The notes under the pieces: model-generated
The model's database searches: none
What the model was told of the DNA's origin: nothing
The model's input: only the letters and a program-made list of their open reading frames with translations
Program-made: the position numbers and the translations under genes
Shown: one piece after another, positions 31,052-38,421 of the stretch
Layout: each line of letters starts with the position of its first letter
How positions within the stretch are numbered: position 1 is the stretch's first letter
Source of the DNA: a virus
DNA: 38,421 bases
Strand: one strand, 5' to 3'
IMG/VR virus record: IMGVR_UViG_3300045988_170866

Positions 31052-31522
31052 TTAACCGTGTTTGTAAGCAGAAAAGTCATGATCTATACCAAAAATATGA
31101 AATATAGCCTTACATTTCTTACTTCTATATCCAATCAAGCGATATTTATTTCCTCCAAATCTAATAACCCATACTTTAGTATCTCTAGTAAGGTTTAATT
31201 CATTTTGAGGATCTAGTGCATTAAAATTGATTTGTGAGTAATCTAGCAATTCTCTTCCACCTTGAAATTTATTCTTACTTCTCAAGGATTCCCACCCATC
31301 AATACTCATTCTATTTAAACAATCATGAAACGCATTTAAAACATCTATATCGTCTCTAAAATTCCTGCTTCCTTTAAATCCTTTTAAATTATAATTATCT
31401 TGATTTGTAAGATACTTAAAAGAAAATAATATCGTATCATGTTCATTCATGAATAAACATTTCATTTTCACGTCTAATTTAGATAATTTATTATTTTCTT
31501 GCTTTCGTTTTAATTTAGCCAT
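31052..31522 (-). CDS. toxin candidate paired with the Panacea antitoxin (unclassified; RelE/ParE/Gp49-like C-terminal core)
   Basis: 156 aa. Its ATG shares base 31522 with the antitoxin stop. The C-terminus is VWVIRFGGNKYRLIGYRSKKCKAIFHIFGIDHDFSAYKH. Confidence 0.55.
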   Translation of the reverse strand: MAKLKRKQENNKLSKLDVKMKCLFMNEHDTILFSFKYLTNQDNYNLKGFKGSRNFRDDIDVLNAFHDCLNRMSIDGWESLRSKNKFQGGRELLDYSQINFNALDPQNELNLTRDTKVWVIRFGGNKYRLIGYRSKKCKAIFHIFGIDHDFSAYKHG

Positions 31523-31977
31523 TAATCAGTAATATATGTTTTTTCAAAATATTCTTTTATTAAAGGTAAAGGAATTACTTCGTTTCTTTGTGTTTTTAAC
31601 CAAGGGTCTTCTTGATGTGTCATGTTTCTTAATCCCCATGCAGAATACTTTCCAAAAATATCATACACTTCTTCTAAAATTGCAGTTGTATCCTTATCAA
31701 TAGAACTATCATAATCTCCTTGATATTCTATTCCATTTGATCCGTTATTTTTATATTTATGGTAGATTTCTTCTACAACAGGACCATGTGCCCAATTTAC
31801 AATTTGTTCATTAAATAATGGTTCATTTTTTAATGCTAAATAACATCCTTGAGCATAATACAATAATTTTTGCAATTTTAAGTTAGATATCAAATCAGCA
31901 TCTTCCTCTTCTAGGATTTTGTCATTGTACCACAAAAACCACTTTGCTACTGTCAAAGCAGAATACTTTCCTTTCAT
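31522..31977 (-). CDS. Panacea (DUF4065) domain antitoxin, SocA/PanA-like
   Basis: ALTVAKWFLW...NLKLQKLLYYAQGCYLALKNEPLFNEQIVNWAHGPVVEEIYHKYK; RBS ggagggaaaaaatt. Confidence 0.85.
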   Translation of the reverse strand: MKGKYSALTVAKWFLWYNDKILEEEDADLISNLKLQKLLYYAQGCYLALKNEPLFNEQIVNWAHGPVVEEIYHKYKNNGSNGIEYQGDYDSSIDKDTTAILEEVYDIFGKYSAWGLRNMTHQEDPWLKTQRNEVIPLPLIKEYFEKTYITD

Positions 31978-31999
31978 AATTTTTTCCCTCCATACAATA

Positions 32000-32067
32000 A
32001 TTCACATAAACATTAAGTTATTCACATTTTCAACGTTATTATATCAAGGCTATTCACAATTTGGCAA
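32000..32067 (-). promoter_or_regulatory. promoter and repeated operator of the toxin-antitoxin cassette
   Basis: On the minus strand: TTGCCA (32067-32062), 18 nt, TGaTATAAT (32046-32038). Three direct TATTCACA-type repeats lie at 32000-32006, 32019-32026 and 32051-32058. Confidence 0.55.
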
Positions 32068-32190
32068 TATTTTTCTCGTTTAGAAACCTTTTATACTCCT
32101 TTATACCTCTTCATATTATTATAAAACACTCTATATTGTGTTAAAATTCTCTATTTTATTTATATGCCATTTTTCCATAAAAAATACACT

Positions 32191-32232
32191 AAAAGCGAAA
32201 AAACCTACCCAAATTAACGAGTAGGTTTTTTT
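32191..32232. terminator. bidirectional-looking terminator after the endolysin gene
   Basis: Stem aacctac/gtaggtt (32202-32208 / 32221-32227), flanked by an A-run upstream and a T-run downstream. Confidence 0.6.
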
Positions 32233-32339
32233 ATTTAGTTAATAAATAAGGTTGTAGATTTTTTAGAAGAATAGATAATATTACATTTCACTTTTTTATT
32301 AACTAATACAACAAATTTGCATATACATTATACATCAAT

Positions 32340-33077
32340 TTATACTTTTTTTAAATATTTTCCTGACATCCAACCACTTGGAGTTCTCGCAAAACCATTT
32401 TTCCATTCATAAACAGTTACTCTTGTTCCTCTTTCAAGACATCCATCTTTGTCCTTATCGTGTTTTTGGCCATCTTTAGTTAATTCATTATGAGTTTTTC
32501 TTCGATAATTAGTACCAGGACCAGTTCTTACTGATAAATCACTGGCAGTAACTTCATATGTTCCTGTTGATCTTTCACTTGATGAAGTTGATTGTGATGG
32601 TTTAGCTGCAGGAGTTGGTGTAGGTGTTGAAGTAGCAACTTCTTTTACGATTTCATCAAAAGGAAAATTAGTACCAGGACAATTTGTTGAACAAACATCC
32701 TTATGTTTTTGTACTTTAGAAATTCCATATTTTTTCTTTAAATAAGAAACCAACTCTCTACCAGAGTTGATTTGAGCTTGTGACATTGTTTCTGTCATGT
32801 AGCTTCCTTCAAAACAAATACCAATTGAATTGCTGTTTGAACCTTTAGCATGTGATCCAATAACATTTTCAGGTCTACCTCTATAAATAGATCCATCTTT
32901 TCTTACGAAGAAATGATATCCAATACCTGCCCATCCATTTGCTAAATGCCATCTATGAATATCATCTGCAGTACATGATTTTGATTCAGCGTGATGAAGA
33001 ATAATTCTATTAGTTGCCTTTCTATTTGATAATTTTCCATTCCATTTGTAAGTTTTTTCAATAATGTTCATTTTCAT
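32340..33077 (-). CDS. endolysin: N-acetylmuramoyl-L-alanine amidase (PGRP/Amidase_2) plus Thr/Pro linker plus SH3-like wall-binding domain
   Basis: ILHHAES...WAGIGYHFFVRKDGSIYRGRPENVIGSHAKGSNSNSIGICFEG, then TPTPTPAAKP, then YEVTASDLSVRTGPGTNY... Confidence 0.9.
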   Translation of the reverse strand: MKMNIIEKTYKWNGKLSNRKATNRIILHHAESKSCTADDIHRWHLANGWAGIGYHFFVRKDGSIYRGRPENVIGSHAKGSNSNSIGICFEGSYMTETMSQAQINSGRELVSYLKKKYGISKVQKHKDVCSTNCPGTNFPFDEIVKEVATSTPTPTPAAKPSQSTSSSERSTGTYEVTASDLSVRTGPGTNYRRKTHNELTKDGQKHDKDKDGCLERGTRVTVYEWKNGFARTPSGWMSGKYLKKV

Positions 33078-33083
33078 TTCCTC

Positions 33084-33524
33084 CTATAAATCAATATTTT
33101 CCATAACTGCTCTAGCTTCTAAAACAGCAATATAATCTTTCATAGCTTTTAATTGTAAATCATATGTGCTTCTAGGACATGTTGGTTTAAAAGGCAAACA
33201 ACCTTTGTCCCAATTTTCAATCATTCTATTTAAGCCATTGTATCTAATAACAAGTTGATTATATTCAGATTTAAATCTCTCTTTGTAATCACTACTAATC
33301 ATACCAATAGCTGTTTGAGGTAATGCATCAGCATTATATTCTCTATATGATTCATCAAATGGCTTTTTAGGAGACCAACTTTCATAATCATTAGAATATT
33401 TAACTAAATATCCTTCATCATTAGGATCTTCATCTCTTGGAATAGTCCATCCACGATATTTGTTATAATCTCCTCTTGTCATTGGTTTTGCTTCAATTAG
33501 TTTAACTCCAACATATTGTTTCAT
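33084..33524 (-). CDS. conserved phage hypothetical protein (146 aa)
   Basis: The N-terminal KPMTRGDYNKYRGWTIP..EDPNDEGYLVKY..YESWSPK motif is widespread in phage proteins of unknown function. Confidence 0.6.
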   Translation of the reverse strand: MKQYVGVKLIEAKPMTRGDYNKYRGWTIPRDEDPNDEGYLVKYSNDYESWSPKKPFDESYREYNADALPQTAIGMISSDYKERFKSEYNQLVIRYNGLNRMIENWDKGCLPFKPTCPRSTYDLQLKAMKDYIAVLEARAVMENIDL

Positions 33525-33528
33525 TGTT

Positions 33529-33795
33529 TTATTTTCCTCCTAGTTTAATACATCTATTTTCAAATTTTTTATAAGCATCAAAATAAAGTTCTTTCTTATC
33601 ACCGTTATATGTTAATTCGTAATACATACCATCAGATAATGTTGTACTTAATAATGCTTTGCTATTTTGTAATGTTTTACAATTCCAAACAACAAAAACA
33701 TCAAAATTAATTTCGCCATCCGTTTTGTCAAGATGTTCTTCTGTGTACTCTCTAACTGTTTTTTTACATAAATCTAAAAATTCATCTGAATCCAT
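33529..33795 (-). CDS. conserved small phage protein (88 aa)
   Basis: ATG at 33795 follows aaggagattgtaaaa. It carries the motif WNCKTLQNSKALLST..DGMYYELTYNGDKKELYFDAYKK. The track's longer form would read through a hairpin. Confidence 0.55.
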   Translation of the reverse strand: MDSDEFLDLCKKTVREYTEEHLDKTDGEINFDVFVVWNCKTLQNSKALLSTTLSDGMYYELTYNGDKKELYFDAYKKFENRCIKLGGK

Positions 33796-33867
33796 TTTTA
33801 CAATCTCCTTTGTTGCTAATTCCGTTTTAACAACCATTTTTTTCGATTTTTGGTTGTTAAATGATAA

Positions 33868-33888
33868 AAGAGGGTTATTCGCCCTCTT
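33868..33888 (-). terminator. hairpin directly after the holin stop (weak terminator or attenuator)
   Basis: aagaggg-ttattcg-ccctctt, followed on the minus strand by ttatcattt. Confidence 0.35.
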
Positions 33889-33891
33889 CAA

Positions 33892-34341
33892 CTATTCATT
33901 TTTATTCGTACTTGGCATTTCATCAGTAAATGTTTCAAGAAATCCAGTAACTTTTTCATTAACCCCTTTGAACATAGGAAGTCCAATTAATGCCCAGTTT
34001 TTAAGAATGCTTAACAATTCAAAAACAATAAATAATAAGGCAAACACATCACTAATTCCAATTGTGGTAATACCGATTGCTTTAAAGATATCTAGTATTT
34101 GTGATGGCAACCATGCAATCAAATCTAAATGAATTAAAAAATCAAGTACAACTAAAAAAAGCAAACATGCAATCATGCTTACTTTTCTAATCATTCCATC
34201 AATTCCAATTGTAGAGTTTGTCTTTTTCTCTTTGAATGATCTCATTACACCTAAGAATAAATCAAAAATAATAACAAAAGCAACAAGCACCAACATTCTA
34301 TGTGCTTGTAAATAATTAAACAACATTTCCATTTTTTTCAT
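33892..34341 (-). CDS. holin (three-TM, toxin-secretion/phage-lysis holin type)
   Basis: FNYLQAHRMLVLVAFVIIFDLFLGVMRSFKEKK.NS..GIDGMIRKVSMIACLLFLVVLDFL. The start is uncertain (34350, 34341 or 34332). Confidence 0.75.
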   Translation of the reverse strand: MKKMEMLFNYLQAHRMLVLVAFVIIFDLFLGVMRSFKEKKTNSTIGIDGMIRKVSMIACLLFLVVLDFLIHLDLIAWLPSQILDIFKAIGITTIGISDVFALLFIVFELLSILKNWALIGLPMFKGVNEKVTGFLETFTDEMPSTNKNE

Positions 34342-34355
34342 TTTCCTCACCTTTT

Positions 34356-34610
34356 TTAAATTTTATTCAAGAAAACCACACTGTGATTTTCAGCTAAACC
34401 AGCAAATGTATCGTTAATATTATTAACAATCAACATTGCGTTTGTTCCAGTGTATGATGTTTCACCTTTTTCATCTTTGACAACTACTCTAAACAAAATA
34501 TAATCACCTTTTTTGATTTCTTTGTTATCAGTAATATAGAAATTATAGTTTGTAATGTCATTGAATGTTTTTTCAGCGACATCCACTTCATATACGTTTG
34601 TTTTATCCAT
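34356..34610 (-). CDS. hypothetical protein (84 aa)
   Basis: ORF with RBS aggaggaaatataa. Confidence 0.55.
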   Translation of the reverse strand: MDKTNVYEVDVAEKTFNDITNYNFYITDNKEIKKGDYILFRVVVKDEKGETSYTGTNAMLIVNNINDTFAGLAENHSVVFLNKI

Positions 34611-34628
34611 TTATATTTCCTCCTGAAA

Positions 34629-35024
34629 TTATCTATAATACAATCGTGCAACAGCGATTGACGATACATACACTTTGACTTGTGTACTAGAAATAAAGCT
34701 AATTCCTGCTTTAAATTTATCTGATGCTGAATTATAATGCATCGCTTGATGTAATCCTTCGGTTTCATCCTTACCAATGTTAAACATTGCTTTAGGGACT
34801 ACAGTTGAAGCTAACACCCTATACTTGCCAACGGTACCTCCATTTTGACCGCACACAATTAAACACTCATTCCATTTATCAGTATCAACAGTGAAAGTTT
34901 TAGTAGCGCCAGCATTTGTGCTTCCTACTTCAACCCATTGCGAACTGGTATCTAATGCATTTCCGTTTTGAAAGTAAACGTCTTTTGCTCTTATTTTATT
35001 TCCAAATAAATTTAAAAATGCCAT
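34629..35024 (-). CDS. hypothetical structural-module protein (131 aa)
   Basis: ORF with RBS aggaggaagttgt, following the DUF859-like gene. Confidence 0.55.
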   Translation of the reverse strand: MAFLNLFGNKIRAKDVYFQNGNALDTSSQWVEVGSTNAGATKTFTVDTDKWNECLIVCGQNGGTVGKYRVLASTVVPKAMFNIGKDETEGLHQAMHYNSASDKFKAGISFISSTQVKVYVSSIAVARLYYR

Positions 35025-35035
35025 ACAACTTCCTC

Positions 35036-36454
35036 CTAAAAATCATACGTATCCTTAAGTCCAACAATCAACATTTGATTACCACTACTGTCCAATATTT
35101 TTCCATATAGTCTTAGGTCGTACCCAACTTGCAACTGTCCATCTTCATCACAATATCTACCTATGCCCATGCAGTTCTTGTTGGGCGGTACTTGAAATGG
35201 AACTTTCCCGATACCAATTTCAACAGTATATGATGTACTGTTGCCTACTTTATCAGTAATAGTCACTTCAACAGTATGCGTATTGTCTAATCCATATCTA
35301 CTAAATGTATAAGCTTTGTCACTTAAAAATGATGTGTTTTTGGAAGTGCCATCAATTTTTAAATTCTTGGTGGCTATACTGTTTCCAGTAATATTGCAAA
35401 AAGTAAATGTCGGTTTGACAGTGATATAGCTCCCATTAATGTTATCCTTTGTACCACTTGAATTGCTTCGATAAGCTTCAACAGTCAACGTAGGATAAGT
35501 ATATTCAATTACATTAACTGATACTGTTTTTGATGCTGTGAACCCTCTACTGTCAGTAACAGTAACTGTATATATTTTTGTTCCTGTTTGGTTCAAAACT
35601 CCTGAGGTAGCATTATTTGCAGTTCCACTGTAGCTTAATGCATCACCTGAAATTGCATAACTAGCAACTGTTGCACCATATTTACATGTAACACTGTCAG
35701 CACTGATTTTTACTGATGATTTTCCCTGCAGACAAATATTTCCAAAAGGATTAACTATAAATGCTGTTGCTTTATCAATACTTGGTGAAGCATTTGTAAT
35801 CGTATAAGTCTTGTCTTTGTAACTTGCCCAAGTTTTATCTTTTGAATAAAGGCCGATACGAATTGTGCAAGTTTTTCCTTTACATGCTTCCCTCAATTGA
35901 TTTCTTTCAGTATCAGTCAAGGTCCAAGTGTAAGTACCACTCGTACCACTGATAGTACGTTCACATAGATGTGTTCCATTAGGGTTCGGTTCAAGCCAGC
36001 ACTGCATGTTCCAGTTTCCTGGATTGCTGAAAGTAAAGCTAGGATTATCCGTATCCTTAAAATCATTACAAGCTGTAATAGTTGCTGCTCTTGGAATAGT
36101 TGTTAATGCAAAGTTAAATCCTTGCTCACTTGAGCTGAAACGGTCATGACTAATCCAGCCATTTACTCTAATTGTTTTTGAACCATTATTATCATGGGCT
36201 ACAGTCGTATCCCATGTTGCTAATCTAATAGGCGTTGATGTAATTTTTTGACTGGAAGTGATACTTGCGCTTTTTAAGCTTCCATTAACACGAGCATAAA
36301 CAGTACCGCTACCATATGTTGTGTACCCCGAATTAGTTCGCCAAACGTCAATCCAAACACGAACTACTGATGTATTAGCACTTTGATTAATTGATACTTC
36401 CTGTGCATAAACTGCATATTTGATATATTGATTTGTTGTTCCAAAAGTTGCCAT
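35036..36454 (-). CDS. DUF859-like siphovirus minor structural protein
   Basis: N-terminal YAVYAQEVSINQSANTSVVRVWIDVWRTNSGYTTYGSG matches the DUF859 pattern (..E.S.....NTS.V.W.L). Confidence 0.65.
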   Translation of the reverse strand: MATFGTTNQYIKYAVYAQEVSINQSANTSVVRVWIDVWRTNSGYTTYGSGTVYARVNGSLKSASITSSQKITSTPIRLATWDTTVAHDNNGSKTIRVNGWISHDRFSSSEQGFNFALTTIPRAATITACNDFKDTDNPSFTFSNPGNWNMQCWLEPNPNGTHLCERTISGTSGTYTWTLTDTERNQLREACKGKTCTIRIGLYSKDKTWASYKDKTYTITNASPSIDKATAFIVNPFGNICLQGKSSVKISADSVTCKYGATVASYAISGDALSYSGTANNATSGVLNQTGTKIYTVTVTDSRGFTASKTVSVNVIEYTYPTLTVEAYRSNSSGTKDNINGSYITVKPTFTFCNITGNSIATKNLKIDGTSKNTSFLSDKAYTFSRYGLDNTHTVEVTITDKVGNSTSYTVEIGIGKVPFQVPPNKNCMGIGRYCDEDGQLQVGYDLRLYGKILDSSGNQMLIVGLKDTYDF

Positions 36455-36465
36455 TTATACACCTC

Positions 36466-37317
36466 CTAAATAATCAAAAGCCCTAGCTCTTCATCATAAA
36501 CGATCTGAAACGTTCCAATATTGATTTGTTTCATGACTACAGCTTGTGAAATGTTCAACTGTTGATTAGAAAGATACGCAATTCTTGAACCATTTTGATA
36601 AAATCCTAATTCAGTATTTGATAATTTAACTGCGAATGGACTGTCACTTGCTCCAAGCTCTAGAATTCCATCTTTGAATCTAGCCCATTTTGAAATTTCT
36701 TCTTTAGTTGAAACGCCTGTCAAAGTATTGTTGATTTCATTGACACTGCTTGTAATGAATTCAATAGAATCAACATTCTGTTGGATTTGAGAAACAAGTC
36801 TTTCAATACTTGATGTATTGTCAGTAGTAGTTGTTTGAAGCTGTTCAACCATGGTATTGATTGAAGTTTTCAACTGATTGATTGCACTTGTATATTCAGT
36901 TGTAACCTGCTGTTTCATATCATTGATATCTCCAGCAAAGTCATTGGAAACTTCCCACGTTGAACCATTCCAATATTTAAGCAAGTTATTAGCTGTATCA
37001 AACCACATTCTTGTTGTATCGCTTGGTTCAGTATCACTGTATTGAATATCTTTTACATCATTTACAGCTTCCCATGAACTATCTACCTTTGGAGTTGTAT
37101 ATTCAGTACTGCTAGGATTTTCATAGACAATCTTTTCTCTTGTCCATAAATATTTACCTTTTACCCAGGACGGCTGAACAGTCGACCAAGCTCCGCCAGT
37201 TTGCTCCGTTTTTGAAGTACTCAAATAGAATTCTTTTGTGATAGAAACAATACCTTTTCCAGTAGCCCCATCATCAACTCTTGATAAAGTTATTACTGCA
37301 CTTGCTTTAACAGCCAT
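36466..37317 (-). CDS. tail fibre / receptor-binding component with coiled coil
   Basis: 283 aa. It has an N-terminal GGAWSTVQPSWVKGKYLWTREKIVYENP module related to the repeats in ORF 37322..38344, and a central heptad-rich region. Confidence 0.6.
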   Translation of the reverse strand: MAVKASAVITLSRVDDGATGKGIVSITKEFYLSTSKTEQTGGAWSTVQPSWVKGKYLWTREKIVYENPSSTEYTTPKVDSSWEAVNDVKDIQYSDTEPSDTTRMWFDTANNLLKYWNGSTWEVSNDFAGDINDMKQQVTTEYTSAINQLKTSINTMVEQLQTTTTDNTSSIERLVSQIQQNVDSIEFITSSVNEINNTLTGVSTKEEISKWARFKDGILELGASDSPFAVKLSNTELGFYQNGSRIAYLSNQQLNISQAVVMKQINIGTFQIVYDEELGLLII

Positions 37318-37321
37318 GATA

Positions 37322-38344
37322 TTATCCCTCTAGTTGAGCGCTGAAAACCGCTTTGTTTGAAACATCACCAGCAGTAATTGTAAATGTACTTCCAGTTGCT
37401 ACAGCTGTCGTTCCACCATCTTGATACCATTTGATTGTTCCTAATGAACTTAAAGCTGAACCAGTTACTTCTACTCCACCTTTATACACATGTGCTGTTA
37501 AGGTTGTAGCGATTGCTGTATTTTTAAAAATAGTACCATTAGATGATGTAATGGCCATTGTAATAGCATCTTTGCCATCAACTCCATTTGTACCATCTTT
37601 AGGTTGTCTTGAAACTGAATATGATGTCGTAGAGTTTCCATCACTGTATGTTACGATTGTTCTCGTCCACAAATATGATCCTTGTGGAACACTAGGCATT
37701 GTAGAAGACCATGTACCAGTTGGTGCTGATGTACCACTTGTACCTACTTGATAAGTTATTTCATTTTTAGTAATTGTAACTGATGTACCATTTTCACCGT
37801 TTTTTGGATAATACGCTACTGAATAAGCAGTAGTAGATTTTCCATCACTGTAAGTAACTACTGTCTTTGTCCATAGGAAAGATCCTTGAGGTACTGTTGG
37901 AACCGAACTTTGCCAAGTGCCTGTTGGAGCAGTAGTTCCACTCGTACCTACTTGATATGTGATTGCAGTTGATTTAACTTCTACAGAAGTTCCTTTAAAT
38001 GCAATCGAATAACTGAATACCTTATTGATTGTAATATCATCAATAATAACTGGAATTGTTACACTTCCGCTTGATTTCAAAGCTGATGTTGCTGTAATAG
38101 TAAGAGTTGGTTTTGGTGATTTCCCATCACTTACAATTGAAATTCCTGTAGGTGTTGCGATTGTTCCAACTTTACATGCAACAATATTTCCGCCCTGTAA
38201 AGTTTGCACTTCACTCGTAACTGTTTGTGTTCCATTCACTGAGGTTTCAGTTCCAGCAAACGTATGATTTTCATTTGACAATGTAACCGAATAGCTATCG
38301 GTTATATCTACTACCTCAGTTTGTGCTGTTGCTCTAACTGCCAT
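37322..38344 (-). CDS. tail fibre / Ig-like repeat protein with tandem 68-aa duplication
   Basis: ITYQVGTSGT.APTGTW.S..P.VPQGS.LWT.T.VTYSDG.STT.YSV occurs twice (aa 128-190 and 196-255). The C-terminal SSNGTIFKNTAIATTLT module is shared with ORF 15..2045. Confidence 0.6.
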   Translation of the reverse strand: MAVRATAQTEVVDITDSYSVTLSNENHTFAGTETSVNGTQTVTSEVQTLQGGNIVACKVGTIATPTGISIVSDGKSPKPTLTITATSALKSSGSVTIPVIIDDITINKVFSYSIAFKGTSVEVKSTAITYQVGTSGTTAPTGTWQSSVPTVPQGSFLWTKTVVTYSDGKSTTAYSVAYYPKNGENGTSVTITKNEITYQVGTSGTSAPTGTWSSTMPSVPQGSYLWTRTIVTYSDGNSTTSYSVSRQPKDGTNGVDGKDAITMAITSSNGTIFKNTAIATTLTAHVYKGGVEVTGSALSSLGTIKWYQDGGTTAVATGSTFTITAGDVSNKAVFSAQLEG

Positions 38345-38421
38345 TTATCTTTATCCTCCTAAAAGTCCAACGTACAAGTAAATGTACATTTTGTATTTAT
38401 ATCATTTGAAGTGATTGTGAA
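38345..38421. repeat. terminal direct repeat, identical to 1-77
   Basis: 77/77 identity read directly. Confidence 0.95.

Larger units (their letters stand above)
1..38344. mobile_element. complete temperate siphovirus-type phage genome (one circular unit)
   Basis: Integrase, repressors, Rep, terminase, portal, capsid, tail, holin and endolysin are all present. The ends overlap by 77 bp and there is no host flank. Confidence 0.9.

Noticed and set aside
30881-32170. Patches of similarity (ATTTATTTATAT, AATTCT.TAT) between the attP region and the region upstream of the toxin-antitoxin promoter.
   Set aside because: The matches are short, rearranged and AT-rich. By eye they cannot be distinguished from chance in ~25% GC intergenic DNA.
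31013-32227. Similar terminator hairpins (aacctactc...gagtaggtt at 31013-31036 and aacctac...gtaggtt at 32202-32227) flanking the toxin-antitoxin cassette in direct orientation, as evidence for a mobile cassette.
   Set aside because: The shared part is only ~7-9 bp per arm, in AT-rich DNA. Both hairpins are adequately explained as ordinary terminators of the toxin-antitoxin operon and the endolysin gene. This is not enough to claim insertion scars.
37580-37963. Tail-fibre repeats as the template/variable repeat pair of a diversity-generating retroelement.
   Set aside because: There is no reverse transcriptase gene anywhere in the genome. The two copies are in-frame tandem domain duplicates with differences at all base types, not adenine-specific ones.

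Overview
The window is one complete, circularly closed phage genome. The unit is 38,344 bp, and bases 1-77 repeat exactly at 38345-38421. It is a temperate phage with a long non-contractile tail (siphovirus type) from a low-GC Gram-positive host.

Nearly all genes are on the minus strand, in this order:
- a divergent genetic switch at ~28.3 kb
- early and accessory genes (28278 down to 24460)
- an HUH rolling-circle Rep plus a second tyrosine recombinase (24307-22482)
- an early block containing PcfK/PcfJ (22465-15522)
- tRNA, TerS, TerL, portal, MuF-toxin fusion, scaffold, capsid, connectors, tail tube, frameshifted chaperones, tape measure and tip/fibre proteins (15407 down to 15, continuing across the junction from 38344 down to 35036)
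- holin and amidase endolysin (34341-32340)

The plus strand carries the lysogeny block: two paralogous XRE repressors (28432-29402), a tyrosine integrase (29696-30793) and attP arm repeats (30798-31000).

Items most worth follow-up:
- a Panacea (DUF4065) antitoxin paired with an unclassified toxin candidate in the lysin-attP moron slot (31052-32067)
- a promoter segment flanked by 25-bp inverted repeats, lying between divergent small-membrane-protein operons (26592-26727)
- a secreted 3D-domain gene split by a single in-frame TGA followed by a hairpin (25322-25855)
- a candidate antisense countertranscript and origin-like structure upstream of rep (24326-24461)
- two copies of a palindrome-bearing intergenic cassette bracketing a 3.9-kb block (18220-22210)
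- a MuF polymorphic-toxin/immunity pair in the head module (10334-12107)

All functional calls come from motif recognition by eye and gene order. No database search was possible.
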